This document shows, piece by piece, positions 14,401 to 25,499 of a DNA stretch of 64,000 nucleotides. The DNA is taken from the NCBI GenBank assembly GCA_043228905.1, contig JBHGNT010000018.1:10540001-10604000 (forward strand), in the 5' to 3' direction. This DNA is from Azolla caroliniana (taxonomy: Eukaryota > Plantae > Polypodiophyta). Numbering within the stretch: position 1 is the first letter of the stretch; each line of letters opens with the position of its first letter. The notes under the pieces were generated by a model, which was not told the DNA's origin, did not search any database, and worked only from the letters and a program-made list of their open reading frames with translations. The position numbers and the translations under genes were made by a program.

Positions 14401-15525
14401 AGCCTTTACGGACTGAAGCAGGCTCCCCGGCAATGGTACCGGAAGTTCGACTCCTTCATGACCGACGAAGGGTACCTCAAAACGCAGTCCGACCACTGCG
14501 TGTTTGTGAAGAAGTTCGAGGGAGGAGACTCTCTAATACTCCTCCTGTACGTGGACGACATGTTGATCGTCGGACGGGACCAGGTCAAGATACGGATGCT
14601 GAAGAAGGCTCTTCACCGAACCTTCTCAATGAAGGACCTGGGTCCGGCGAGGCAAATACTAGGGATGCACATCATCCGGGACCGGAAGAAGAAGCAGTTG
14701 TGGCTGTCACAGGAGAAGTACGTGACGAAGGTGCTTCACCGGTTCAACATGTCGGAAGCGAGACCGGTCGGATCGACCCTCCCGACAAACTGCAAGCTGT
14801 CCTGCAAGCAAAGTCCCAAGACAAAGGCTGAAAAGGAGGATATGATGAAAGTGCCGTATGCCTCAGCCGTCGGGAGCTTGATGTACGCCATGGTGTGTAC
14901 GAGACCGGACATCGGATATGCAGTCGGAGTGGTGAGCCGGTACATGAGCAATCCCGGCAAAGAGCATTGGAACGCGGTCAAGTGGATACTCCGATACCTG
15001 AAGGGCACAGCGAATGTGTGCCTCCGATTCGGCTCCGGTAAGCCCGAACTCGACGGCTTCACCGATTCGGATATGTCGGCTGATGCAGATACCAGCCGGT
15101 CCACATCAGGGTATGTGATGACGTATGCAGGGGGAGCCGTTTCGTGGCAGTCGAGGCTGCAGAAGACGGTTGCGTTGTCAACCACGGAGGCGGAGTACAT
15201 GGCAGCTGTTGAAGCCGGCAAGGAAGTAATATGGATGAAGGACTTCATTAGAGAGCTCGGTATCCGGCAGGAGGAGTACCGACTCTACTGCGACAGTCAG
15301 AGTGCAATCCACCTTGCGAAGAACGCGGCCTATCACTCCCGGACGAAGCACATCCAGCGAAGATATCACTGGATCCGGGAAAGGATAGAAGACAAGGAGT
15401 TCGTGCTGACAAAGATCCACACGGACGAGAACGGGTCGGATATGCTGACCAAGGTCCTCACACCCGACAAGCTGGAAGCATGCCGGAAGAGGATCGGATT
15501 GGAGAGACATCCCATGCCGAAGTGA
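11449..15525 (+). CDS. gag-pol: Intact copia Gag-Pol polyprotein (1358 aa)
   Basis: One uninterrupted ORF: gag, CFHCGKPGHFRKNC, WVVDSGASFH, HHCC, DDE integrase, RT YVDDML, RNase H DSD...TTEAEY...CDSQSA. Confidence 0.97.
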   Translation: MEGGGSGQPMMMVLNAQNYADWKIKMEDLLIVRDLYEPIDRSEIPKGVLELEWKLLNRKAVATIRQYVDVSVLQHVANDTNAYEMWKKLSGLYERKNALNRTSLMRKIVNLKYRDGESMVEHVSTFMGFVNQLAAIKFPLEDAMQAIILMCTLPDSWENLVVTLSTSCTEDNLSLQTVKTSILNEEARRRDKEPASDSKALLTESERGRHWNRSPQRREKSGTRSQSRGRPTCFHCGKPGHFRKNCRHYRKDNGADDTDSKKSPERNGAYRGATDRRGSDRRGQDRKGTTALAASEEEIMLITEEGELNIAGDETTWVVDSGASFHLTPERRYFSSYTAGEHGCVRMGNEGTCRIAGIGDVWLTTPTGCKMLLKNVRHVPEVRLNLISAGRLDDEGYTGSIRNGVMKFSKGSLIVARARKVNTLYLMNSRLCPEELNVAADTAGELWHKRLCHMSEKGMKRLVEDNLIPVKHVHLEKCTDCLAGKQNRTSFHSRPPTRRSAPLELVHTDVCQVETKSHGGAQYFVTFIDDHSRKLWTAPLKTKDQVLCVFKELHARVERESGKKLKALRADNGGEYRGQFQEYCRSKGIRLEFTVPKTPELNGLAERMNRTIMERVRSMLAHAKLPKGFWAEAMSTATYVINRSPSVPLDGDTPQRVWTGREVSYRHLKVFGCLAYVHVAKDRRGKLDPKTRPCIFLGYGDDEFGYRVWDPVDKKIFRSRDIIFMENKTLADWESEKKMKSSKSTGEDQLYEEQSRPARDRLALEDPAEDGEETEPAEEDENDTGTGPDPEMDSDEEEESEEPVTEAPERRYPLRERRAPRRFPEPEHVLLTDEGEPESLEEAKHDTQSRRWLSAMQDEMDSLHENHTYELVELPKGKRALRNKWVFKLKPGDAGNPPRYKARIVVKGFQQKKGVDFDEIFAPVVKMTSIRTVLSIAASMDLEVEQMDVKTAFLHGDLEEEIYMQQPEGFEKKGKEHLVCRLKKSLYGLKQAPRQWYRKFDSFMTDEGYLKTQSDHCVFVKKFEGGDSLILLLYVDDMLIVGRDQVKIRMLKKALHRTFSMKDLGPARQILGMHIIRDRKKKQLWLSQEKYVTKVLHRFNMSEARPVGSTLPTNCKLSCKQSPKTKAEKEDMMKVPYASAVGSLMYAMVCTRPDIGYAVGVVSRYMSNPGKEHWNAVKWILRYLKGTANVCLRFGSGKPELDGFTDSDMSADADTSRSTSGYVMTYAGGAVSWQSRLQKTVALSTTEAEYMAAVEAGKEVIWMKDFIRELGIRQEEYRLYCDSQSAIHLAKNAAYHSRTKHIQRRYHWIRERIEDKEFVLTKIHTDENGSDMLTKVLTPDKLEACRKRIGLERHPMPK

Positions 15526-15603
15526 AGGGGGAGTTTGTTGGGATTACGGTCCCTCCGGATGGGATGTCCGGAGATGAATGACGGCAAGCCCGGAGACCGT
15601 TAC

Positions 15604-15793
15604 GGAGCCGGATGATGAAGAGTACCCGGCTACGGAGCCGGATGATAAAGAGTACCCGGCTACGGAGCCGGATGATGAAGAGTACCCGGCTACGGAGCCG
15701 GATGATGAAGAGTACCCGGCTACGGAGCCGGATGATGAAGACCCCGGCTACGGAGCCGGATGATGAAGACCCCGGCTACGGAGCCGGATGATG
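15604..15793 (+). repeat. U3 tandem repeat in the C3 3' LTR, 6 units
   Basis: 4x30 bp + 2x28 bp units. Confidence 0.95.
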
Positions 15794-16289
15794 TATGTAC
15801 CCGGAGCGAGATCCGGATGCGGGGACATATTTGTGAATATGTTTGCCAAGGGCCCGTGAGGCTATATTTGTAAATAGCCCGAAAGTCATATGCGTATAAA
15901 TATGACTTAGGGCAAACAGTTTTACTGTTGTTGTTGCTCATTTTCTGTTTTCACTTTAGAGGGAGCGAAGTGAGTGCAGCCGCGAGAGAAAGAGAGAAAG
16001 AGAGAGAGAGAAACAAAGAGGTCGACGCCTCTGTGTAATACCGCCGCCTGTGGCGAGGACAGCGAGCTCAAGGTCGTCGCCTTGCAGCTCGCCATTGTAT
16101 ATTCCAGTGTATAGTGGTAGTTGGAGTCGTGCACTCCCGTGGTTTTTCCCGTTTAGGGTTTTCCACGTTATACCCTGTGTACTCGTCTCTCTGTGTCTTT
16201 GTTCTTTTTATTTCTGCTACATTGATCCGTGTTGTCTCGGTTGTGGCCGAGAGGCGAAAGATTTGATAGCGTCAATTCTTTACAATTAC

Positions 16290-17666
16290 TTCCTCGGGAT
16301 CGAAGTGATCCGTACCCCCGAAGGCATATTGATCAGCCAACGTCATTACGTGTTGAGTATGCTCTTCAAACTCGGGATGGCCGACTGTAAGTCCATCTCA
16401 ACTCCTCTGGACAGAACCGTCAAGCTTCGTCCCGATACGGGAAAGGTATGCGACCCGACGAGGTTCCGACAAATTGTCTGTAGCCTCATATACTTGACCA
16501 TCACCCGACCCGACCTCAGTTATCCGGTCGGGGTGATCAGTCAGTTCATGGCACGACCTACCGAGGAGCACCTTCAGTGTGCGCAACGCGTACTTCGGTA
16601 CGTAAGCGGCACTAAGGACCGCGGACTGCTATATCGGACCGGTGCAGCCACGCAGTTAGTCGGCTACACCGATGCTGATTGGGCTGGCAACGCCGCCGAT
16701 CGCCGATCCACGTCCGGATACGCGTTCTCCCTCGGGAGTGCCGCGATCACGTGGTGCAGTAAGAAGCAGCCGACAGTTGCTCTGTCGAGCACCGAAGCTG
16801 AGTACCGAGGAGCGGCTGTCGCGACATGCGAAGCCATATGGTTGAAGCGGCTACTTAAGGATCTGCAAGTGGAGGTGTCAGATCCGACGACGATCTACTG
16901 CAACAACCTCAGCAGCATCCAGCTCGCGAAGAACCCCGTCTTCCACGCACGGACCAAGCACATTGAGGTGCACTACCATTTCGTCCGTGAGCGTGTCCTT
17001 TCCGGTGAAGTCGAACTTCAATACGTTCCGACGGATCGGCAGGCTGCCGACATCTTCACCAAGCCTCTTGGTCTGGACAAGTTGCGGCAATTCTTAGGTG
17101 CGCTCAGGTTGCGTCACCTTGACGTGCCGAACTTGAGGGGGAGAACAGTCCCGAACGACCAAGCAAGGCAGCAGGAAAGGAGCGGACACCGCGACACCGA
17201 GTCAGTTGACAAGTTCAACATCGGATCGGCTGAAGAAGTCGAGGGCGGACCCGCGAAAAAGTTCGGAAGTAGACAGAAGGGGAGCAACCGAAGGAGAGAG
17301 CCAAAGCCAACCATGCATGGGGAAGATGACGCCATCGAAGGTGAGAAGACTGAAGACGAGTTGGAGACAGCCAACTCGGACGAGAGCGAAAACCGATCGG
17401 AGGTAGCCGAGTCGGTTCGGATGTTTGATTCAGACACGTTGAATCAACCGAGGCCCAAGCGGAAGAAAAGGCAGCAGGAAAAGCGTCAACACCGCAACAG
17501 CAGAAGAGCTAAGGGCCGCATGAGCAGACAAGCCGACTGGAAGGGTCGAAGCGCGCGGAGTCGAACAGGTCGAGGAGCGCGAGCGAGGCGTGAAGCCAGG
17601 AGGAACCGGAGTTGTGTGCCCGAGGATCCCGAAGAGCCTCAAGTTGAGCTTGAGGGGGAATGTTGA
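16290..17666 (+). pseudogene. pol: C2 RT end, RNase H and charged C-terminal extension
   Basis: Resumes YFLGIEV after the TSD; TRPDLS, YTDADWAG, KHIEVHYHFVRE. The frame stays open into the LTR. Confidence 0.92.
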
Positions 17667-18544
17667 GAGACAAGCTCATCATCGGCCGGTTCGGCTGAAG
17701 AAGCCGAGGACCGGATTGGTTGGGACCAATCGGCTAGGCCGAGTGCGTAAACCGGGAGGTCGTTAGGAAAGATATTCCGTAAGGAATATATTTGGGAGTT
17801 AGTGTAGGAGCTCTTGATGAGCATTGAAGTATTGTCAGTACTTCGGTCAATCCTTCTAGGGCTTGTATAAAAGTGTTCACTGAGCACGTCTTATGTACAG
17901 ACTGAGTATTATTGTTGAATATAGTTTTTTGTGTCTTCTCTCTCAATCTCTCTGTCTCTCCTGCGTATACCGTGTAAGCTCAAGCTCTCCATTAAACCTG
18001 AGTTTCCTTCCTTCTGTTCGGTCTTCATACTTGCTTCCGCACGTTACTTTTTACACTACTAGTGGACATAAAGGTGAAACAGCTATTTAGCTATGCACAA
18101 CTATTTAGCTACTGACAATTATTTAGCTACAGACAGCTAATTAGCTATTGGTAGGTAATTAGCTGCATATATAAGTCACTTATGTACTTAGGTAAAAAGT
18201 AGTAAGTAGTAAGAGTAAGAGTAAGAGTAGTGCAGAGAGAAGAACAAAAAAACAGAAAATAGACAACAACGAGTTGAGCTTTGCATGTAATGAAGTAGAA
18301 GCTTTTGGACTATGCACAGGTAAGTCTCTTTCCCCCTCCCTTTCTGTCTTGAGCACTAAACGATCCAGCACATCATGATTCGTTGTGCACACAGAAGAGC
18401 CGTAGTGCCTTCGTAACATGTTATCAGAGCTGAGTTGCTTGTAAAGAAGATTAGAACAATACAAAGGTCTGAGAAGTTTGTTTTTGGTTGCTGATCTGAA
18501 TCAGAGAGAGTTGTTTGTGAAGTTAACCCTAATTGAAAGAGAAA

Positions 18545-21500
18545 ATGGCTGCAGAGAATGTAAGCCAAATAGTTACAGAAAAATTGGATAAAAACAATTT
18601 CCCGGCGTGGAAATTCAGAATGACAAACTTCCTTATGGGGAAAGGATACTAGGATTATATTGAAGGAGACCTAGAATAGGCTCCAGAGATCCCTGAAGAA
18701 AATGCATCTGCTGCATAGATTAAAGCATTTAAGGAATGGAACCAAGGGGCAAGAAATGTATTGCATTGGTTGTCACTTAACATCTCAAATTCGATGCTTG
18801 GACACATACAGGATGCTATGCTTCCAAAAGAAGCTTGGGACAGTTTAGTAAAATTGTTTGCAGTGAATACAAAGGCAAGAAAGCTTCAGTTGAAGACTGA
18901 GCTAAATACCTTGGAAAAAGGTAAGATGTCAGTAAATGAGTATGCTCTGAAAATAAAGAGTATATGTGAATCACTTGCTTCTATCAATGTGAAGGTAGAA
19001 GATGATGATAAGGTGAAAATATGCTTAAGAGGTTTAGGACCTCAATATAAAAGCTTCAAAACATCTATTCTCACAAGGGATAACATCCCAAGTTTTCCAG
19101 ATCTGGTTTCAATGCTTGTAGTAGAAGAAAGAAATCAAATGGATGATGTAAACAAGGGAAACTCAGAGAATGAGGGGAAAGCCCTCTACAATAGTGTTGG
19201 AAGAGGCCGAGGAAGAGGCCATGGAAGATTTGGTTCAGTTAGAACCAACAATAATAGTTATCAAGGAAGAGGACAATAGGGTACAAGTGGAAGAAACAAC
19301 ATCAGAGGCAGGGGGAGCAATCGAGGTAGAGGTAAGCAAACCTATTTGAATGATGATGGTTGTTGGTATTGTGGAAAACCAGGCCATACACAGGCTGAAT
19401 GCTATAAAAAGCAAAATGATGAGAAAAGAGGGAAGAGACAGCAAAATAATTATGCCTCAACCAGTGAAGATTGTGATAAAGATGGTGCATTTGTGATGCA
19501 ACATGAAACAGGAGCAGTGGCTGAATGTTCATAGAGATGTAATGAAGAGTTTATGTGGTATGTAGATTATGGGGTATCTAATCATATGACAGGACATAAA
19601 AATTGGTTTGAAAGTCTAAGAGAACCAGAGATTCCTGGTTATGTATAGACAAGTGATAATACTACTCACCAAATAGAGCATGTTGGAGATATCCCATTGT
19701 GGGAAGGAAAAGGAAAAACAAAGTATATGTTGAATGTTATGCATGTTCCAAACCTTGCAAAAAATCTGATTTCTGTTGGATAGATAGTAGAGCAAGGAAT
19801 GCAGGTTAAGTTTAAGCAAAGTGGATGCTTCATAGAGAAAAATGGAAAGCTCATTGCAAAAGGAAAACGTCAAGGAAGAATGTTTGTGTTAGATGTGGAT
19901 ATGCCTAGGAAGATTACAACCATGTTTACAGAAGGAATGAGTGTAATCTCAGAAGTGGAAATGTGGCATAAAAGAATTGGTCACATAAGTATGCAAACAT
20001 TGAAAAATATGTTGAGGAAAGATGTAGTGGCTGGATTGCCTAAGTTGAAAGACTGTGAGATGGGAAAAATATGTGAAGCATGTCAATATGGAAAGCAAAA
20101 CAGGTTGCCTTTCCCTCATGAAAGACATGTAAGCCAAAATGTATTGGATTTGGTACATACAAATGTATGGGGACCAACAAAAAATGCATCAATTAGTGTA
20201 TGTAAGTTTTATGTAACTTTCATTGATGATTGCTCAAGGAAAACATGGGTTTGCTTCATGAAGGAAAAAGGTGAAGTATTTGATTGTTTCCGTAAGTTTA
20301 AATGCATGGTAGAAAAGCAGGTTGGAACTAGAATAAAATGCCTAAGATTTGATGGAGGAGAATACTTCTCAAATGAGTTTTCTGATTTCTTATGTAATCA
20401 AGGGATAAGGAGACAATTTACATGTAGATATACTCCACAACAAAATGGAGTTGCTGAGAGGAAAAACAGAACTTTGGTGAACATAGCAAGAGCCTTAATG
20501 ACAGAAAAAAATATGCCATTGTATTACTGGGCAAAAGCTATAAACATAGCAAACTATATCCTAAATAGATGTATAACATCTGGAGTACATGAAGTAACTC
20601 CTGAAGAATGTTTCTATGGCAGAAAGCCGAGTTTAGGAAACTTAAAAGTGTTTGGATGCCTTGCCTATGTTCATGTACATGGGATTTGGTAAAGTTACCA
20701 AAAGGAAAAAATGTGGTAGGTTGCAAATGGGTCTACAAGACAAAGCATGATTCCAATGGAAATGTTAGTAGACATAAAGCAAGTCTTGTGGCAAAGGGAT
20801 ATGCCTAGATGCAAGGAATTGATTATGATGAAACATTTGCACCGGTTGCAAAGCTGGCAACCTTGAGAACACTACTTGTTGTGAGTGCAGCCAAAAGATG
20901 GTTTCTGCACCATATGGATGTAAAAAATGCCTTTTTACATGGTAACTTGGAAGAAGAAGTGTATGTGTGTCAATCACCAGGTTTTAAAGACAAGAAGCAT
21001 CCAGAATATGTATGTAGACTGAAAAAGGCTCTCTATGGACTGAAACAAGCACCGAGAGCATGGCACAGGGAACTTTCAGAATCTTTGAAAAAATTTGCTT
21101 TCAAAATGCCAAAGGCTGATCCATCATTATATGTAACGAAGATAAATGATTGCATTGTTGTACTCTTGATATATGTTGATGATCTAATCATTGGAGGTGA
21201 TTCTATGGAAGAGATAAGTAAGTTGAAGAAAAATCTGGAAATGCAATTTCAGATGAAGGATTTGGGAGAGCTAAGATACTTTCTTGGCATTGAGATGATA
21301 AGATCTGAGAGTGGTATATATATGTTGCAAAAACAGTATGCAACAACTATGTTGAAGAAGTATGGTATGCTTGGATGCAAACCTATTGGTGTACCACTAG
21401 ATAAGAACTGCAAATTGAGGGCTGATTTGGGAGCCAAAATAGAAGGTGTAAACATGTATAGGTCTATGGTGGGCAACCTCATATATTTGACCATAACAAG

Positions 21501-22173
21501 ACCTGATTTGAGTTATGTTGTTGGATTAGTCAGCCAGTTTATGCAACGGCCAACAAAGCCACATTTGGACTGCATAAGAAGAATTTTGAGGTACGTAAAA
21601 GCTACTCAGAACTATGGACTATTTTACAGGGCTGATCTAGACATAAAGCTGGAAGGATATATAGATGTTGATTGGGCTGGAAGCCAAACTAACAGAAGAT
21701 CCACAAGCGGATATATGTTTACATTGGGAAGTGCAACTATTTCATGGAGTAGCAAGAAACAAGCTACTTTTGCATTGTCAAGTATTGAAGCTGAGTATAG
21801 AGGAGCTGGAATAGCTACGTGTGAAGAGGTATGGATCAAAAGATTGCTTTTTGATTTGGGAGAATATATAGATGGTGCTATCACAATTTGGTGTGACAAT
21901 ATGAGTAGCATTCAGCTGGCAAAAAACCCAATGTTCCATGCAAGAACAAAGCACATTGAAGTGCATTATCATTTTGTTAGAGAAAAAGTGATTGATGGAG
22001 AAGTGGATCTGTTGTATGTAAGTACAAATCAGCAAGTGGTTGATATTCTTACGAAGGGATTGAGCATGGAAAAACATACACAGTTTAGAGATATGATGGG
22101 AGTTATAACCATCGGCATGGTAGCTGAAAAACATGAAGAAAAGAAGATTGAAGATGATCCCAAGAAAGGATAA
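18545..22173 (+). pseudogene. gag-pol: C1 gag-pol with stops and an internal INT-RT deletion near 20680
   Basis: CWYCGKPGH knuckle, integrase core, RT YVDDLI, RNase H. AYVHV is joined directly to TWDLV. Confidence 0.92.
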
Positions 22174-22603
22174 GTTGAGCTTGAGGGGGAGTGTTGAGAA
22201 GCAAGCTCAACAAAGCTATGTGATGATTATTCAGAAATAAGCTATAGTAGTTATTAGCTAATTAGCTACTAGTGGACAGAAAGGTGAAACAACTATTTAG
22301 CTACTGACAGCTAATTAGCTACTAGCATCTAATTAGTTGCATATATAAGGCACTTATGTACTTAGGTAAAAAGTAGTAAGTAGTAAGAGTAAGAGTAAGA
22401 GTAAGAGTAGTGCAGAGAGAAGAACAGAAAAACAGAAAACAGACGAAAGCGAGTTGAGCTCTGTGTGTAATGAAGTAGAAGCTTTTGGACTATGCAAAGG
22501 TAAGTCTCTTTCCCCCTCCCTTTCTGTCTTGAGCACTAAATGATCCAACACATCACAATCTGTTGTGCACACAGAAGAGCCGTAGTGCCTTCGTAACAGC
22601 ACG

Positions 22604-24940
22604 AACCATTGGGAACAGATAAAAGTTTCTTAAAGAAGAGTAATCCATTATGACATTTGAATTGCTGATAATCTATACTTGGTTGTTGTGATTGTAAACA
22701 AGATGCCCAAGAAGGATCTATTTTATCTAGAATAGCTTGAGCGAAAACATCCGTCTTCAAATCTTCAGTATGGTATCGATAATGCGGGAATCCAATGGAG
22801 TGTCAAAGACCCATGTTGCTTGAAGTCGTGTCGGACCCAAGATTTCTTGCTTTTGATTGTCGACGGCCGGATCACCAAGACGAGGAGCTAGATATGAGTG
22901 TCGTGATAATGCATCTGCCTTCCCCTATTGCTTGCCTGGATTATATGTAATCTTGAAGTCAAAACAAGTGAGGAATTGGGCCCATCGAGCTTGTCTATTT
23001 AATACGCGAGCATTTTGGAAGTAGGAAAGATTATTGCGATCATTGAATACAGTGACTTGATGAGGAGATCCTTCTAAAAAATGTCTCCATCGTGCAAAAG
23101 AGTCCACTATTGCTAAGAGCTCCTTGTCATGTATCTCGTAGTTGATTTTGGTGGCGTCAAAAGCCAAGGGACATAGTTTCTCATCGTTACCTTGTTGTGA
23201 CAAAATACTACCGAGGGCGAAATCGAACGCGTCTACTTCAATGATAAATGGTTTTTGGGGATCAACATGAGCTGATGTAAATGCTTTCTTGAGACCCTCA
23301 AAATCCATGTCCACTTCCTTAGTCCAAACAAACGATTGCCCCTTCTTTGTATGTTGTGTGAGCGACAAAATAAGCTTTGAGTAGTCCTGTATAAACTTGC
23401 GATAGAAGTTTGTGAATCCTAAAAAGCATTGCACATCTCGCAATGAACAAGGAGTCCGCGACTCCAACATAGTTTGGACTTTTCCGGGTTGTAAGTCAAT
23501 GGAACAATCATACGGTCGGTGATGAGGAAGAGTACTAGCTTTTACCTTATCAAAAACGTTGGCGTAATGATGACACTTCTTTGGAAGTTGAATTGTTGAC
23601 TCCTCCTTAGTGGTGTTGGAAGGTTTCACTAATACTGTGATTACAAACATTGCTTCCTTTCGTCCTTCTTCACGCAATTGATGTAGCGAAATCGTTGAAA
23701 TCTTATGAGTAGATCCTTGAGGTTGTCGATGCCTGATTTCTCTTGTTCTCCAATCTATGTCCGGATTGTGTAATTCGAACCATGGTAACCCCAAATCAAT
23801 TGGATGCTTTGGACTACTAATTATATTAAATGATACTAAACATGCCAAATTATTTAGGACAACATTAATCGGTTCTAACTCTTCTACGATATTTCCGGAA
23901 GCAATGGGGCGACTATCAATGACTACTACAAAAGCTGGGCAAGGGAGTCTCCTCAGGGATATCTGATGAGCTTGGGCAAAATTCTTATCCATGAAGCAAT
24001 AATTAGCTCCGGAATCTAGGAGTGTTAAGACATGTACTGGTGGATTACATTTAGTACTAACTTTTACTTGAGCTAGGAAGACATTGCTAACTTGCTTAGA
24101 GGGAAAAACCACTAATGGGCTACACAGATCTAGGACTGTCCAACCAAACGACTCTTATTTTGGCTGGACTTAGTTGTTTAACTCTTCTTCTAATTGACTA
24201 AGGACTTCATATTTGTTTGATAGGCTTGGGCTACTAGTACTATTTGGCACTCCTAATGAAATACACTCAGGTTTAGTACTAGCGGGTATTTGATTTACCT
24301 GTCTTCTTGGCCTATGAGGAAAGCCCACTGTAATATGCCCCGGTCCACCACAATAAAGACATAGTCGATTTGCTCGGTGTCGCTAATTTTCCTCTTCTGA
24401 TAATGGTCTGTAACGACATGTGGTGTCGATTTCCATCGAAGTTGGAGTATTTGATGGAGACGCATTATATGACTCTCTAGGAAAAGGTTTTGCTACAACT
24501 GAGGCGTAGGGGGCTCTGATCTTGTCCTTGGCATCTGGAACTGATGTTCCGAACTTCATTCAAAAAGGCGGTTATCGCATCATACTACTCAACCGATTGC
24601 TTCTGTGAGCAACTTTGGTTTTTCGGGGAAGGTCAAGAGTAAATCCTTGACATCATTACATAGGCCATAGTGAAATTGTTCCATCAATGCTTGGTCATCC
24701 CAAGGAATATTGGTGGCGAGAATACGGAAATCCGTAGCATAAATTGAGGTCGGCCGATCACCTTGACACAGTCTTCGGATTTTGTTGATTGCCATCTTAA
24801 TACAATCAGAATCTCCAAAACATGCTTTAAACTCGCTAATAAACTCCTCAAATTTATTTAACAAAGGAGAGTCTTTTTCTAACAAAGGGGCGAACCATGT
24901 CAAAGTCGTGCCACTAAGTAGCGTGCCTACTAGTCCCACT
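22604..24940 (-). pseudogene. gag-pol: G1 gag, protease and RNase H (RT core deleted)
   Basis: WFAPLLE retrotrans_gag, LCLYCG knuckle, LLDSGANYCF, FLGFTNFYRKFI, NYEIHDKELLAIV. DLQPGK is joined directly to VQTML. Confidence 0.88.
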
Positions 24941-25499
24941 TGTTATCCTTTAGGCTGGATAAGCCCTAACACGGGGTGTCCCTATGGAACACTTCACCAA
25001 AGGGTGGTACAGTGAGATATGGATAGACCGTGGTATTGAATGGGTCTTAACCGGTTACTAACCGGTACTATTATTGATCGTAACACACACGTAAGATTAA
25101 TTATATTAAGCACAAAACGGTAACCAAATAGACACTAAACAATATGTAAAACAGCAACGCTTCTATTAATTATCCATACCTAATTACATTCTTGCCGGGT
25201 CCTTTTATAGGTCTCCGGATGAGTTACAAACCGGTGCCAACCGGCAACCAACAACGATCCGGTCCGGATCCGAATCGGCATACCGATTCTGGGTCCGTCC
25301 GCCCGCTTCTCAAAATAACATAATACTTATTAATTATAACTCCCTATACCTAATTAAATACCCCTTTCACATTTTGGACTCTAACCGGCCCTTTGGCCTT
25401 GCCAGCCAACACATAGCACGCCCGTGGGACAATACATTGTACATCGAACACACGGTTAGCCATTTTGAATTGTCCGTCAAAATGTCCAGAATGCTTTGG

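Larger units (their letters stand above)
10613..16284 (+). mobile_element. Young intact copia element C3 (Tnt1/Tork-like) inserted in the C2 RT
   Basis: LTRs at 10613-~11419 and 15536-16284, identical by eye except repeat copy number and the last base. PBS tggtatcagagc at 11423. PPT gaagggggag. Perfect TSD attac. Confidence 0.97.
6705..18055 (+). mobile_element. GC-rich copia element C2 inserted in the 5' LTR of C1
   Basis: 395-bp LTRs at 6705-7099 and 17661-18055 (about 8 mismatches by eye). PBS tggtatcagagc at 7100-7111. PPT gagggggaa. Perfect TSD ctact. Confidence 0.95.
6626..22598 (+). mobile_element. AT-rich copia element C1 (5' LTR split by C2)
   Basis: 5' LTR at 6626-6704 plus 18061-18418; 3' LTR at 22192-22598. 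PBS tgttatcagagc (tRNA-iMet, 1 mismatch) at 18419. PPT gagggggag. TSD acacg/gcacg. Confidence 0.92.
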
